This document shows, one piece after another, positions 11,130-22,004 of a DNA stretch of 64,000 nt. Position 1 is the first letter of the stretch. Every line of letters starts with the position of its first letter. Under the pieces are notes generated by a model. It was not told the DNA's origin. It made no database searches and saw only the letters and a list, made by a program, of their open reading frames with translations. A program made the position numbers and the translations under genes. This DNA is from an uncultured Halanaerobiales bacterium (lineage in GTDB: Bacteria; Bacillota; Halanaerobiia; Halanaerobiales; M55B127), in NCBI GenBank assembly GCA_964526845.1, contig CAZGMM010000001.1, positions 1,970 to 65,969 on the forward strand. The letters run 5' to 3'.

Positions 11130-11840
11130 ATGAGTTTTCATATCTTTACCAATATCGGGAATAAAAGACAAAAAAATGAAGATAGTTATCTAATACTTCA
11201 ACCTGAGGAAAAGACTGCAGTACTGGCTGTTGCCGATGGTATGGGGGGCCATAATGCTGGTGAAGTTGCCAGTGAAATTGCAATTGAGAGTATAAGAGAT
11301 TATACGTTTGAATTCGATCAGGAGATTATTCCTCAGATAAAGTCTGTGATAACAGAGGCTAACCAAAATATTAGGGATTGTTCTCAGGATTATGAAAATT
11401 ACCAGGATATGGGAACCACCCTTACCTTGGCAATATTAAAAGATAATCAACTATATTATGGTCATGTTGGGGATAGTAGGATTTATCTTTTCAATGGTGA
11501 TCTAAACCAAATTACCACTGACCATTCCCTCGTAAATGATTTAATTAAAAATAAATCAATTAGTCCGGATGAAGCTTTTGATCACCCCAAGAAAAACATT
11601 ATTACTCAGGCTTTAGGTATTGATAAAGATTTGGAAATTCAAACTGATAAAGTATATATATCAAAGGAAGACATCATTATGTTGTGCACAGATGGTTTAA
11701 GTGATATGATTAGATTTGAAAATATTCAGGAGATATTCAAAAAGGATAAATCTATAAAAGAGATAATTGAAGAGTTAGGTTCAAAAGCGTTAACAAATGG
11801 TGGTACTGATAATATTACAATTATAATGGGAAAGTTATAA
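11130..11840 (+). CDS. PP2C-family Ser/Thr phosphatase (Stp/PrpC)
   Basis: ADGMGGH and GGTDNIT motifs. It lies immediately upstream of the PASTA kinase. Confidence 0.9.
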   Translation: MSFHIFTNIGNKRQKNEDSYLILQPEEKTAVLAVADGMGGHNAGEVASEIAIESIRDYTFEFDQEIIPQIKSVITEANQNIRDCSQDYENYQDMGTTLTLAILKDNQLYYGHVGDSRIYLFNGDLNQITTDHSLVNDLIKNKSISPDEAFDHPKKNIITQALGIDKDLEIQTDKVYISKEDIIMLCTDGLSDMIRFENIQEIFKKDKSIKEIIEELGSKALTNGGTDNITIIMGKL

Positions 11841-11857
11841 TTCTATGAGGTGTCAAT

Positions 11858-13813
11858 ATGATTGGTAAATTATTAAATGACAGATATAAAATTAAAAAAC
11901 AGAGAGGCAGCGGTGGTATGGCCTTGGTATATGAAGCACAGGATATACTACTTGATCGTAAAGTAGCTATAAAAATGCTTCGCCCAGAATTTGTTTCAGA
12001 TGAAGACTTTATCAACAAATTTCGCCATGAAGCCAAAGCCGTGGCAAGAATAACCCACCCGAACGTGGTTAGTATATATGATATTGTTGAAAGTGAAGAG
12101 AGCCTTTATCTAGTAATGGAATATATTGAAGGCAAAGATCTAAAAAGCCTTATTAAAGAAAGAGGCCAACTATCTGTAGTGGAAGCTTTAGACATTGCCA
12201 ACCAGGTAACAGCCGGGGTGGAAGTGGCCCATGAAAACAATATTGTACATTGTGATATTAAACCTCATAATATATTAATTACTGATAATAACCAGGTAAA
12301 GGTTACAGACTTTGGTATTGCCAGAGCTGTATCTTCTTCTACAATGACAATTACAGATACTATAATGGGCAGCGCCCATTATTTTTCTCCTGAACAGGCT
12401 CAGGGGAAAGAAATAAATACATATTCAGATATTTATTCTATTGGGGTTGTATTATATGAGATGCTTTCCGGCCGGGTACCTTTTAAAGGGGAAAGCCCTA
12501 TTTCGGTAGCATTAAAGCACATTCAAAAAGAGCCCAAAGAATTAAAGGAAGTTTTTCCTTCTGTACCAGAAGAAGTTAACCAACTGGTGATGAAAACTCT
12601 TTCTAAAGAGCCAGAAGATAGGCAGGAAAGTGCTTCCCAGTTAAGGGAAGAAATTATCATGGCTATAAAAAATATTGAAGCTAGTGACCAGTTTAAGGAA
12701 GAAAAAACAGGTGAAGAAGATAGTCAAACTAAGATTCTAAATAAATCAGAGATCAAAAAAGAAGGTTTAGAAAAAGAAAAAGGACAGGATAAAAAAGATA
12801 ATTCTAAAACATTAGAAACCGATAAAAGTTTCTTCACACCTGAGAAAAAGAAGGGTTCTAAGTTAAATAAATGGGTGATCTGGGCGTTAGTAGTAGTTAT
12901 TTTGGCGTCTGCTTCCGTGTTTGGACTTGTATATTTCTTTAAAGTATATACTGAGGTCCCGATTGTTAAGGTTCCAAATTTAGTAGAAAAAGAATTTAGT
13001 GAAGCAGAGGATATTGCTGCCCAACAGGGTTTGGACCTTGAAAAATCGGAGGAAGCAGTATTTCATAATGATATTAAAGAAGGATATATAGTTACCCAGG
13101 AACCGAAACCAGGTGAACGTATCAAACAGACCAGAAATGTAGTTGTCACGGTAAGTAAAGGACCTAAAATTGTTGAACTACCTGATTTCAATAATAGGCC
13201 GCTAAGAGAGGCTGAAGTAATTTTAGATAACCTCGGCCTGTCTTTACAAGAAGTAAGTTATGAATATAGTGAACAGTACCGAGAAAATTATATAATTTCA
13301 CAAAGTCCTGAACCGGGCAGCGAAACTGAAATAAATACTCAAGTGAAACTAGTGGTTAGTAAAGGACCTAAACCTATCATGGTAACTATGCCGTCCCTTT
13401 TAGGGATAGATAAAGAGAGGGCCTTTAACTTAATAAAAAGAAATGGATTAAAAGTAGGAAAATTAAATTACGGAAAATCTACCAGATATGAAGAAGGTTT
13501 AATTATGAACCAGCAATATGAGGCAGGCGAAAATGTACCGGAAAATTCCACGGTAGATCTTGGTATTAGTACTGGTTTGGTCAATAAAGGTGATTTCCAA
13601 GAACATAAAACCAATATCGGTATCAGTATTGTGGGTAGTAATAATCAGGAAATCAAAATTGTGGTAAAAGATAGTAATGGTGAAGAAGTCGCTTATCAAA
13701 AAACTCATAGTCCCGGCGAATACGTTAATGAAACGATATATAGTGTGGGACCAACCGTCCTGGAAATATATAGGGATGGGGAGTTAATAAAATCAAAAGA
13801 AATCGGCGCTTAA
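11858..13813 (+). CDS. prkC: Ser/Thr protein kinase with transmembrane helix and PASTA repeats
   Basis: HCDIKPHNIL and DFGIA kinase motifs, a central transmembrane segment, and three PASTA-like repeats (VPNL..., LPDF..., MPSLLG...). Confidence 0.93.
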   Translation: MIGKLLNDRYKIKKQRGSGGMALVYEAQDILLDRKVAIKMLRPEFVSDEDFINKFRHEAKAVARITHPNVVSIYDIVESEESLYLVMEYIEGKDLKSLIKERGQLSVVEALDIANQVTAGVEVAHENNIVHCDIKPHNILITDNNQVKVTDFGIARAVSSSTMTITDTIMGSAHYFSPEQAQGKEINTYSDIYSIGVVLYEMLSGRVPFKGESPISVALKHIQKEPKELKEVFPSVPEEVNQLVMKTLSKEPEDRQESASQLREEIIMAIKNIEASDQFKEEKTGEEDSQTKILNKSEIKKEGLEKEKGQDKKDNSKTLETDKSFFTPEKKKGSKLNKWVIWALVVVILASASVFGLVYFFKVYTEVPIVKVPNLVEKEFSEAEDIAAQQGLDLEKSEEAVFHNDIKEGYIVTQEPKPGERIKQTRNVVVTVSKGPKIVELPDFNNRPLREAEVILDNLGLSLQEVSYEYSEQYRENYIISQSPEPGSETEINTQVKLVVSKGPKPIMVTMPSLLGIDKERAFNLIKRNGLKVGKLNYGKSTRYEEGLIMNQQYEAGENVPENSTVDLGISTGLVNKGDFQEHKTNIGISIVGSNNQEIKIVVKDSNGEEVAYQKTHSPGEYVNETIYSVGPTVLEIYRDGELIKSKEIGA

Positions 13814-13827
13814 CTGGGAGGTTTTTA

Positions 13828-14691
13828 ATGGAAGGTATAATAACTAAAACACTGGGTGGATTCTTTTTTGTCAAGACAAATAATGGTGTATATAAATGTC
13901 GGATTAGAGGCAAAATACAAAAGAAGGTCTATCCCGGTGATGTAGCTGAAATTAATTTAGAAGACAAGATAGTAGAGTCTGTTAAAGAAAGGGAAAACCT
14001 TTTAATGAGGCCCAAAGTTGCAAATGTAGAACAGGTTATTGTATTACATTCTTTAAAGAAACCACCCTTTGATAAAAAATTACTGGATAGATTTATTTTA
14101 ATGGTCGAGTCTTCTAATTTAAAACCTCTAGTTGTTTTTAATAAAATTGATTTAGTTGATAATTTAGAAGAAGTCAAAGAAGAACTTCAAATTTATAAAA
14201 ATATTGGATATGATGTTTTCTATATTAGTGCCAAAAAACACATCGGTCTAAATGAACTATACAAAAAGTTAGAAAACAACATTTCGGTTATAGCTGGCCC
14301 CAGTGGCAGTGGTAAGTCTACTTTGATAAATAGTATTGTTGAAGATATAGAACTACCGACCAGAGAAGTAAGTAAAAAATCAAATCGTGGTAAACATACT
14401 ACCAAACATATAGAGTTAATTACATTACCCAGCCGGGGTTTTGTGGCTGATACGCCGGGCTTCACCAGTATAGAGATAGAAAATATTGATTCCTCGGATT
14501 TAAAATATTATTTTCCCGAGTTTGAAGAGTATGAAAACAGTTGCAAATTTAGCACCTGTAGTCATACTCATGAACCAGGCTGTAAAGTAAAAGAAGCATT
14601 AGAAGCGGGTTTAATTTCACAAGATCGCTACAATAGTTATGAAGATATATATAAAGAACTCCAGCAGAAAGAGGATGATTTATATGGTTAA
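13828..14691 (+). CDS. rsgA: Ribosome small-subunit biogenesis GTPase
   Basis: GPSGSGKSTL P-loop and a C-terminal Zn cluster CKFSTCSHTHEPGC. Confidence 0.93.
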   Translation: MEGIITKTLGGFFFVKTNNGVYKCRIRGKIQKKVYPGDVAEINLEDKIVESVKERENLLMRPKVANVEQVIVLHSLKKPPFDKKLLDRFILMVESSNLKPLVVFNKIDLVDNLEEVKEELQIYKNIGYDVFYISAKKHIGLNELYKKLENNISVIAGPSGSGKSTLINSIVEDIELPTREVSKKSNRGKHTTKHIELITLPSRGFVADTPGFTSIEIENIDSSDLKYYFPEFEEYENSCKFSTCSHTHEPGCKVKEALEAGLISQDRYNSYEDIYKELQQKEDDLYG

Positions 14692-15331
14692 TTTTGCACC
14701 CTCCATTCTAGCTTCTGATTTCAGTAAATTAAAAAAAGAAGTTGAAAGTGTGAAAGACGCTAAGTACCTTCATTTAGATATTATGGATGGTAGATTTGTG
14801 CCCAATATTACCTATGGACCCTTAGTAGTTAAAGCGATCAGACCATATAGTGAGAATATTTTTGATACCCATCTTATGATTGTAGAGCCTGAAAAATATA
14901 TTAAAGATTTTGCTGAAGCTGGTAGTGATATCATTACAGTACATGTAGAGGCGACTGATCACGTTCATAGAGCAATTCAAATGATAAAAAATGAAGGTTG
15001 TCAGGCTGGAGTTACGTTAAACCCAGCCACTTCTTTGACAACTATAGAAAATATTATTGATGATGTGGATTTGGTTTTAATCATGTCTGTCAATCCCGGC
15101 TTTGGGGGACAAAAATTTATTCCCCAGATGCTTGATAAAGTAAAAAGGTTAAGGAAAATGATTGATGAAAGAAATACAGAAACTTTAATTGAAATTGATG
15201 GTGGTATTAACTTTGATAATGTAAAAGAGGTCGTGGAGGCCGGAGTTGATATCATAGTAAGTGGTTCTACCATTTTTAAAGGTAAGCCAGCCCAGAATTT
15301 AAAAAAATTTAGAAGAATTCTAAAAGGTTAG
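14684..15331 (+). CDS. rpe: Ribulose-phosphate 3-epimerase
   Basis: HLDIMDGRFVPN motif. I prefer the ATG at 14684 (RBS AGAAAGAGGA), which overlaps the rsgA stop. Confidence 0.93.
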   Translation: MVNFAPSILASDFSKLKKEVESVKDAKYLHLDIMDGRFVPNITYGPLVVKAIRPYSENIFDTHLMIVEPEKYIKDFAEAGSDIITVHVEATDHVHRAIQMIKNEGCQAGVTLNPATSLTTIENIIDDVDLVLIMSVNPGFGGQKFIPQMLDKVKRLRKMIDERNTETLIEIDGGINFDNVKEVVEAGVDIIVSGSTIFKGKPAQNLKKFRRILKG

Positions 15332-15984
15332 TGATCATTGTGAAAGAAGTATTGGTTGTATTAAATGGTGTATATAAAGACCAAAGAGAAAAATATCAAG
15401 AGATTGTAAATTCCTTTGAGAATATTATTGCCGTTGATGGCGGCTATAAATTTTTAAAGAAATTTGTAGATACAGAACCCGATACCTTGATTGGAGATTT
15501 TGATTCTATTGATAGGGATTCTGTAATGTTAAAAGATTTTAACGGTGAAATATATGAATTTCCTAGTGATAAAGATAAAACCGATGGAGAATTATCTATT
15601 GATTACTGTGTGAAAAACGGTTTAAATAAAATCAGTTTTATAGGTGCCACCGGGGGGAGAATTGACCAGCAGTTTGGCAATTTGTTACTTTTAGAATATG
15701 CATTAAATAGTGATATTGATGCTAAAATAATTGAACCGGGCTTAGAGGTTGGTTTAATCGATAATAAAAAAATAATTGATGACAAAAAGGGGAATATCCT
15801 TTCACTTTTTTCTATCACTGATCAAGTTTTAATTAAAAACTTAAAAGGCTGTAAGTATGAATTAGATAATTACTGGTTAGAAAGAGCCAGCAGTCGGGGG
15901 TTAAGTAATATAATAAATGCAAATAAAGCAGTAATTGAAGTAGATTCAGGGAGATTATTATACTTCGTCTGTGAAAAATGTTAA
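15331..15984 (+). CDS. Thiamine pyrophosphokinase
   Basis: GDFDS motif, ~217 aa, in the conserved rpe-TPK position. Confidence 0.8.
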   Translation: MIIVKEVLVVLNGVYKDQREKYQEIVNSFENIIAVDGGYKFLKKFVDTEPDTLIGDFDSIDRDSVMLKDFNGEIYEFPSDKDKTDGELSIDYCVKNGLNKISFIGATGGRIDQQFGNLLLLEYALNSDIDAKIIEPGLEVGLIDNKKIIDDKKGNILSLFSITDQVLIKNLKGCKYELDNYWLERASSRGLSNIINANKAVIEVDSGRLLYFVCEKC

Positions 15985-15997
15985 GGGAGAATATTTT

Positions 15998-16828
15998 ATG
16001 AGAAAAATTGATAGTGAAATTATAACAAAAGAGATAACGGAAGCAGTCCAGACTGCTAATTTCTCTCTTAATAGGGATATGTATAACAGATTAGAACAGG
16101 CAGTCAAAAAAGAAAAATCACCCCTGGGCAAAAGCGTTTTAAAAGAACTCATAGAAAATGCAAAAATTGCTGAAAAAGAAAAGATACCGATCTGTCAGGA
16201 TACAGGTATTGTAGTTGTTTTTGTTGAAATAGGTAATGAAGTATATATAGAAGGAAGTATAGAAGAAGCTATAAACTATGGGGTTAAAATAGGTTATAAT
16301 GAAGGATATCTTAGAAAATCCGTAGTTGAAACTCCCTTTCGAAGAGAAAATACTGATGATAATACACCTGCTGTGATTTACACTGAGAATGTACCGGGAG
16401 ATAAACTGAAGTTAAATGTATTAATCAAAGGTGCGGGCAGTGAAAACATGAGTAAAATAAAGATGTTTAATCCAACTGCTGATAAAAAAGATATTCAAAA
16501 ATTTATAATTGATGTCGTGCTAAATGCAGGTGCTAATGCCTGTCCACCCTATATTCTAGGGATTGGTATTGGGGGAACTTTTGAAAAGGCTGCCTATCTA
16601 TCCAAGAAAGCCTTATTAAAAAAAGAAAGTAAAGATGAGAAGATCAATCAATTTGAAGAAGAGATATTAAGGGAAGTTAATAAAACGGGGATTGGTCCGG
16701 CCGGATTAGGCGGTAAAATAACGGCCCTGGATGTTAAAATTTTAACCTATCCCTGTCACATCGCTTCTTTACCTGTTGCAGTAAATATCAACTGTCATGT
16801 TTCCCGACATTTTTCAATTGAAATTTAG
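15998..16828 (+). CDS. Fe-S type hydro-lyase (class I fumarate/tartrate dehydratase), alpha subunit
   Basis: PICQDTG motif. The ATG at 15998 follows AAGGGAG. Confidence 0.88.
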   Translation: MRKIDSEIITKEITEAVQTANFSLNRDMYNRLEQAVKKEKSPLGKSVLKELIENAKIAEKEKIPICQDTGIVVVFVEIGNEVYIEGSIEEAINYGVKIGYNEGYLRKSVVETPFRRENTDDNTPAVIYTENVPGDKLKLNVLIKGAGSENMSKIKMFNPTADKKDIQKFIIDVVLNAGANACPPYILGIGIGGTFEKAAYLSKKALLKKESKDEKINQFEEEILREVNKTGIGPAGLGGKITALDVKILTYPCHIASLPVAVNINCHVSRHFSIEI

Positions 16829-16838
16829 GGGGAAAAAG

Positions 16839-17387
16839 ATGAAATTAGAAACTCCTTTAACAGAAAAAAAGGTTAAAAAATTACGGGCTGGAGATAAGGT
16901 AGAACTGAGTGGTTATATTTATACCGCAAGGGACCAGGCCCATAAGAAGCTTAATGATTTAATAAAAAGAAATAAAAAGCTTCCCATTGATCTTAAAGAT
17001 GCAGTAATATATTATACAGGTCCAGCTCCGGCCCGAGAAGGTCAGGTTATTGGTTCCTGTGGACCTACCACCAGTTATAGAATGGATGAGTATACGCCTG
17101 CTCTATTAGAACAGGGTCTAAGAGGTATGATAGGAAAAGGACCCCGGTCTGAGGAAGTAAAAAAAGCAATCAAAAAGAATAAAGCAGTCTATTTTGCGGC
17201 GGTAGGTGGGGCAGCTGCCCTCCTGTCGAAAAGTATAATAGAATCTAAAATTGTTGCCTATCCCGAATTGCAAACTGAAGCTATCCGTCTTCTTAAAGTA
17301 AAGAAATTTCCCGTGGTTGTAATCAATGATATTTACGGGCAAGATTTATATGAAATAGGGCAAAACAAATATAAAGAACTGGGGTAA
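16839..17387 (+). CDS. Fe-S type hydro-lyase (class I fumarate/tartrate dehydratase), beta subunit
   Basis: ~183 aa with a GPTTSYRMD-type pattern. The ATG at 16839 follows GGGGGAAAAAG. Confidence 0.85.
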   Translation: MKLETPLTEKKVKKLRAGDKVELSGYIYTARDQAHKKLNDLIKRNKKLPIDLKDAVIYYTGPAPAREGQVIGSCGPTTSYRMDEYTPALLEQGLRGMIGKGPRSEEVKKAIKKNKAVYFAAVGGAAALLSKSIIESKIVAYPELQTEAIRLLKVKKFPVVVINDIYGQDLYEIGQNKYKELG

Positions 17388-17391
17388 TCGC

Positions 17392-18612
17392 ATGGATACA
17401 AAAGAAGAAGCCTTAAAATTACACAAAAAATTAAAAGGAAAATTAAGTATTAAAAGCAAGCAAAAGATCAAAAACAAAAGGGATTTAAGCTTATTATATA
17501 CGCCCGGTGTAGCTGAAGCCTGTCAACAAATTTATAAAGATGAAGAAAGTATTTATGATTATACTATTAAAAATAATAGTGTGGCAATTGTTTCCGATGG
17601 TAGTGCCGTATTGGGTTTAGGAGATATTGGTCCGAAAGCAGCTCTACCTGTTATGGAAGGAAAAGCCGTTCTTTTTAAAGAATTTGCTAATGTAGATGCC
17701 TATCCTTTATGTATTACACGCAGAAATGTGAATGAATTTGTCCAAAATATAGTTAATCTCCGTCATTCTTTCGGTGGTATTAATTTAGAAGATATTAAAG
17801 CCCCTTATTGTTTTGAAATTGAAGAGAAACTTAAAGCAAAAACTGATATTCCGATTTTTCATGATGACCAGCATGGAACTGCAATTGTAGTTTTAGCTGG
17901 TTTATTTAATGCCCTCAAATTAGCAGATAAAAAAATAGAAGAGGTCAAGATCATAATTACAGGGGCAGGAGCGGCCGGTTTTGCAGTAACTAAATTACTT
18001 AAAACTGCCGGTGCTAAAAATATTAAAGTACTGGACTCCAAAGGGTTAGTATATAAGGGTAGAAAAAGTAATAATGAATACAATGAAAAACTAGCCGAGA
18101 TGACTGAAAGTAAAAAAGAAGGTAAATTAGAAGAAGCAATAAAAGGTTCAGACGTATTTATTGGGGTTTCCACAGCCGGTATATTAAAACCCGATATGGT
18201 GAAAACAATGAAAGAGAAGCCGATAATATTTGCCCTGGCTAATCCGGAGCCTGAAATCAACCCCAAAGAAGCCTATCAGGCGGGTGCTTTTATTGTAGCT
18301 ACAGGTCGTTCGGATTATCCGAATCAGATCAATAATGTTTTGGCTTTTCCCGGAGTTTTCAGGGGTGTTTTAGATGCAAGAGCTAGTGAGATCAATGAAA
18401 AGATGAAGTTAAAAGCAGCAGAAAAGATTGCTGAAATTGTGAAAGATAATTTAGATAAGGAAAATATAATACCGGAGGTATTTAATAAAGAGGTAGCTTA
18501 TGTAACTGCCCTGGCAGTTGCTGAAGAAGCGGTTAAAACTGGTGTAGCTCATCAGGATTTAACTTTAGAGGTAATCAAAGAAAAAGTTAAAAATAATTTA
18601 AGCAAAAAATAA
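17392..18612 (+). CDS. NAD(P)-dependent malic enzyme (short form)
   Basis: [13 protein letters not shown] and GAGAAG motifs, 406 aa. Confidence 0.9.
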   Translation: MDTKEEALKLHKKLKGKLSIKSKQKIKNKRDLSLLYTPGVAEACQQIYKDEESIYDYTIKNNSVAIVSDGSAVLGLGDIGPKAALPVMEGKAVLFKEFANVDAYPLCITRRNVNEFVQNIVNLRHSFGGINLEDIKAPYCFEIEEKLKAKTDIPIFHDDQHGTAIVVLAGLFNALKLADKKIEEVKIIITGAGAAGFAVTKLLKTAGAKNIKVLDSKGLVYKGRKSNNEYNEKLAEMTESKKEGKLEEAIKGSDVFIGVSTAGILKPDMVKTMKEKPIIFALANPEPEINPKEAYQAGAFIVATGRSDYPNQINNVLAFPGVFRGVLDARASEINEKMKLKAAEKIAEIVKDNLDKENIIPEVFNKEVAYVTALAVAEEAVKTGVAHQDLTLEVIKEKVKNNLSKK

Positions 18613-18661
18613 AAAGGAGTTTATCCATTACTCATGAATAAACCCCATCATTAAATATCTA

Positions 18662-18892
18662 TTAATATGCACGTTTTACTTTACCTGCTTTCAAACAACT
18701 TGTACAGACTGTTATTTTCTTTTTCTTACCATCTACGATTGCTTTGACTTTTTGAAGGTTAGGTTTTTGGGTGCGGCTGGTTACACTTGTTACATTACGA
18801 CCGACTCCACCTTTTTTCTTAGCTTTACCTCTTCTTCTTACTCTATTTGCATTATTGCTACCTTTACCACATATCTCGCAATATTTAGCCAT
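18662..18892 (-). CDS. rpmB: 50S ribosomal protein L28 (Cys-containing form with an internal basic insertion)
   Basis: MAKYCEICGK...NLQKVKAIVDGKKKKITVCTSCLKAGKVKR, with two CxxC pairs. Confidence 0.9.
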   Translation of the reverse strand: MAKYCEICGKGSNNANRVRRRGKAKKKGGVGRNVTSVTSRTQKPNLQKVKAIVDGKKKKITVCTSCLKAGKVKRAY

Positions 18893-18992
18893 TTGTTACA
18901 CCTCCTGTATCTTATATAACTTTTCAGTCAAATATTATTTTAACACACAACTTATGGTTGTGACAAGTATTTATTGTTATATTTTAAGAATG

Positions 18993-19021
18993 TTGCAAGA
19001 TTTATTAATATATAGTAAAAT
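18993..19021 (+). promoter_or_regulatory. Sigma-A type promoter for the asp23-yloV-degV-recG operon
   Basis: TTGCAA (18993-18998), 17-nt spacer, TAAAAT (19016-19021). Confidence 0.5.
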
Positions 19022-19050
19022 AACGATGTATATAAAGAGAGGTGAGAATC

Positions 19051-19416
19051 ATGGTAAAAGAGATTAATACCGAATATGGTAAGATATTAATAGCTGAAGA
19101 AGTCATAGAGACTATAGCCGGCTTATCTGCAATGGAATGCTATGGTCTTGTAGGGATGTCTTCTAAAAACATGCAGGATGGAATTGCAGATCTCCTTGGC
19201 TGGGATAATTTAAGTAAAGGTGTTTCTGTAGAAATTGAAGAAGATGCAGTTAATATCATTTTAAATATTGTAGTAGAATATGGAACCAATATCCATGAAG
19301 TTGCAAATAATATTATTGAACGAGTTAAATATACGCTCAAAAACAGAGTAGGTATAGAAGTAGATAGTATCGAGATAAACGTCCAAGGAGTGAGAATAGG
19401 TAATGGCACAGAATGA
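19051..19416 (+). CDS. Asp23/Gls24-family protein (YloU-like)
   Basis: ~122 aa of the Asp23 family. The ATG at 19051 follows GAGAGGTGAG. It lies upstream of the DAK2 protein, as in yloU-yloV. Confidence 0.85.
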   Translation: MVKEINTEYGKILIAEEVIETIAGLSAMECYGLVGMSSKNMQDGIADLLGWDNLSKGVSVEIEEDAVNIILNIVVEYGTNIHEVANNIIERVKYTLKNRVGIEVDSIEINVQGVRIGNGTE

Positions 19417-21094
19417 GGAAATTAAAGTAATAAACGGTGAAATATTTAAAAATATGTGCTATGGCGCACTAAATAGACTTGAAGAGCAGCAGTCCTATAT
19501 TGATTCTTTAAATGTTTTTCCCGTACCAGATGGAGATACGGGAACAAATATGTTATTAACTTTTAAGGAAGCCATTGAAAACCTTGATAAAACCAAATCG
19601 GAAAGAATTGATAAGTTAACTCAGGCCCTTTCCAAAGGAGCGCTAATGGGAGCCAGGGGTAACTCCGGCGTGATTTTATCTCAGCTGTTAAGGGGATTTT
19701 CAGAAGCAAATAAACAGAATAGGGTAATGAGAAATGACGACCTTATAAATTCTTTATCACAGGCTTCTAAAATTGCCTATCAAGGTGTTTTAAAACCCGT
19801 TGAAGGTACAATATTAACAGTGGCCAGAAAAGCGGCCCGTAGAGCAGAAAACCTAGAAGATGAAAAAGATATTAATGTTCTCTTAGAGAAAGTTATTGAG
19901 ACTGCCCACAAGGCTTTAAATAAAACACCTGACCAGCTTCCTCAACTAAAAGAAGCAGGGGTTGTAGATGCAGGTGGGCAGGGTTATTTAACTATATTAG
20001 AAGGTATGAAAGCTGGACTAACCGGTAAAGTAGAGGTTAGAGAAGAAGTTAAAGAAAAAAGAGAAGTTGAAGAAAAAGTAGCTGAAGAATTAAAGTACGG
20101 TTACTGTACTCAGACCTTAATCAATGTTAAAGAACAAAATGTTAACATCGATGAAATCAAAAATGATATCGAACAGTTTGGAGATTCCCTAATGGTAGTG
20201 GGAGATGAGGATATCGTTAAGGTCCATATTCATACCAACCATCCCGGTATAATCTTAGAATATGCCCTAAAAACGGGTAGTCTTAGAGATATTAAGATTG
20301 ACAATATGAGAATGCAAAATGCTGAAATGAGAAAAAAACATGAAGAAGAACAAAAAGAAGATTTTGAACAACTCAAAGATCAGAGTACTGAAGTTTATGA
20401 AGAAAAACTGATTAAAAGTGCTAAGAGCGAACAGCTGAATCGTAAAGTTGGTATTATAGCGGTAGCAAAGGGAAAAGGAATTAAAAATATCCTTATGGAA
20501 TTGGGAGTTGACTTAATTATTGACGGTGGACAATCTATGAATCCTAGTATCAATGATTTTGTAGAAGCCGTCGAACAGATGGACCAGGAAAAGGTAATTA
20601 TCTTCCCTAATAATAAGAATATAATTTCAGCCGCCCAACAGGCTTCTTCTTTATCAGATAAAGAAATTAAAGTTGTAGAAACAAAAGCAATACCAGAAGC
20701 AATTGCTGCTTTATTAGTTTTTAATGATAATAAAGAATTAGCCGAGTTAAAAAGTTCAATGGAAGAAGAAATTAGTTATGTAAAAACAATCGAAATAACT
20801 AATGCGGTTAAAGACTCCAAAGTAAATGGTTTTGAAATAAATGAAGATGATGTAATAGGTATTGTGAATGGAGATATTAAAGCAGTTGGGAATAGTGACA
20901 TAGAGGTAATAAGCGATTTAATAGATGAAGTATGGGAAGATGAAGATTTAATCACTATTTATTATGGTGATGGAGCCAGCCAACAGGATGCAGAAGAGAT
21001 CAAAAAGAAGTTCCAAGCCAAATCTAAAGAAGCAGAAGTTGAAATTTATAAAGGAGGCCAACCTCTTTACCCATATATTATATCTATGGAATAA
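19403..21094 (+). CDS. DAK2-domain protein (YloV / fatty-acid kinase FakA-like)
   Basis: DGDTGTNM and GARGNSG motifs of the DhaL/DAK2 domain, 563 aa. Confidence 0.88.
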   Translation: MAQNEEIKVINGEIFKNMCYGALNRLEEQQSYIDSLNVFPVPDGDTGTNMLLTFKEAIENLDKTKSERIDKLTQALSKGALMGARGNSGVILSQLLRGFSEANKQNRVMRNDDLINSLSQASKIAYQGVLKPVEGTILTVARKAARRAENLEDEKDINVLLEKVIETAHKALNKTPDQLPQLKEAGVVDAGGQGYLTILEGMKAGLTGKVEVREEVKEKREVEEKVAEELKYGYCTQTLINVKEQNVNIDEIKNDIEQFGDSLMVVGDEDIVKVHIHTNHPGIILEYALKTGSLRDIKIDNMRMQNAEMRKKHEEEQKEDFEQLKDQSTEVYEEKLIKSAKSEQLNRKVGIIAVAKGKGIKNILMELGVDLIIDGGQSMNPSINDFVEAVEQMDQEKVIIFPNNKNIISAAQQASSLSDKEIKVVETKAIPEAIAALLVFNDNKELAELKSSMEEEISYVKTIEITNAVKDSKVNGFEINEDDVIGIVNGDIKAVGNSDIEVISDLIDEVWEDEDLITIYYGDGASQQDAEEIKKKFQAKSKEAEVEIYKGGQPLYPYIISME

Positions 21095-21116
21095 ACTTTA
21101 AGTGAGGGGATTATTT

Positions 21117-22004
21117 ATGAAAATAGGTATTTTAACTGACAGTACTTGTGATCTACCGGATAATATTTTAGAAGAGTATAATATAGAATTTGTACCATTG
21201 ACAGTTAGAATTGGTGAGGAACAGTATAAGGATAAGACAGAAATTACCTCTCAACAGTTCTTTAAAAGGATAAAACAGGCTGATGTAATGCCCTCTACTT
21301 CACAGCCCTCAGCCGGTGAATTCGAACAAAAATACAGGGAGATGAACAGAGAGTATGACCATATATTATCAATTCATCTCTCCAGTCATTTGAGTGGCAC
21401 AAAACAGTCAGCCCAATTAGCGATACAGGAAAACCCTGACTATAATATAACATTAATTGATTCTAAATCAGCTTCAATGGGCTTGGGCTTTCTTGTTATA
21501 TTGACTGCTAAATTAGTTGAAAAAGGATTGGAATTAGAAAATATAGTAGATATTATAAAAAAGGCAAGAGAAGATTTAGAAATTTATTTAACAGTTGATA
21601 ATCTCTCATACTTACAAAAAGGGGGCAGAATCAATAAAGCTGAATCCTTTATAGGTAATTTAATTAACTTAAAACCGGTCTTGAAGTTAGATTTTAATTC
21701 AACCAGTGTTGAACCAATTGATAAAATCAGGGGCAGAAAAAATACCCATCAAAGATTATTGGAATTTGTAGATGATTACTTGAATAAAAACCTGGAATCC
21801 CCTGGACAGTATTGGTTTGGTTTTCTTTATGGGGAAGAAGAATATGCAGCTAATTTTAAAGAAAAATTTAGTGCTAAAATAGAAGAAGCAAATGTTAGAT
21901 ATACTTATTATGAAAATAATGTAGGACCCGTAATCGGCAGTCACACTGGTCCGACAGTTTATGGTATAATTCTTTTTAAGGGTGGTAAATATTTAGATGA
22001 GTAA
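21117..22004 (+). CDS. DegV-family fatty-acid-binding protein (FakB-like)
   Basis: N-terminus MKIGILTDSTCDLP and length are typical of DegV. Confidence 0.88.
   Translation: MKIGILTDSTCDLPDNILEEYNIEFVPLTVRIGEEQYKDKTEITSQQFFKRIKQADVMPSTSQPSAGEFEQKYREMNREYDHILSIHLSSHLSGTKQSAQLAIQENPDYNITLIDSKSASMGLGFLVILTAKLVEKGLELENIVDIIKKAREDLEIYLTVDNLSYLQKGGRINKAESFIGNLINLKPVLKLDFNSTSVEPIDKIRGRKNTHQRLLEFVDDYLNKNLESPGQYWFGFLYGEEEYAANFKEKFSAKIEEANVRYTYYENNVGPVIGSHTGPTVYGIILFKGGKYLDE

Noticed and set aside
18613-18661. A hairpin (GTTTATCCAT...ATGAATAAAC) between the convergent malic enzyme gene and rpmB, considered as a bidirectional terminator.
   Set aside because: The stem is imperfect and AT-rich and has no flanking T or A tracts, so the evidence is too weak to annotate.
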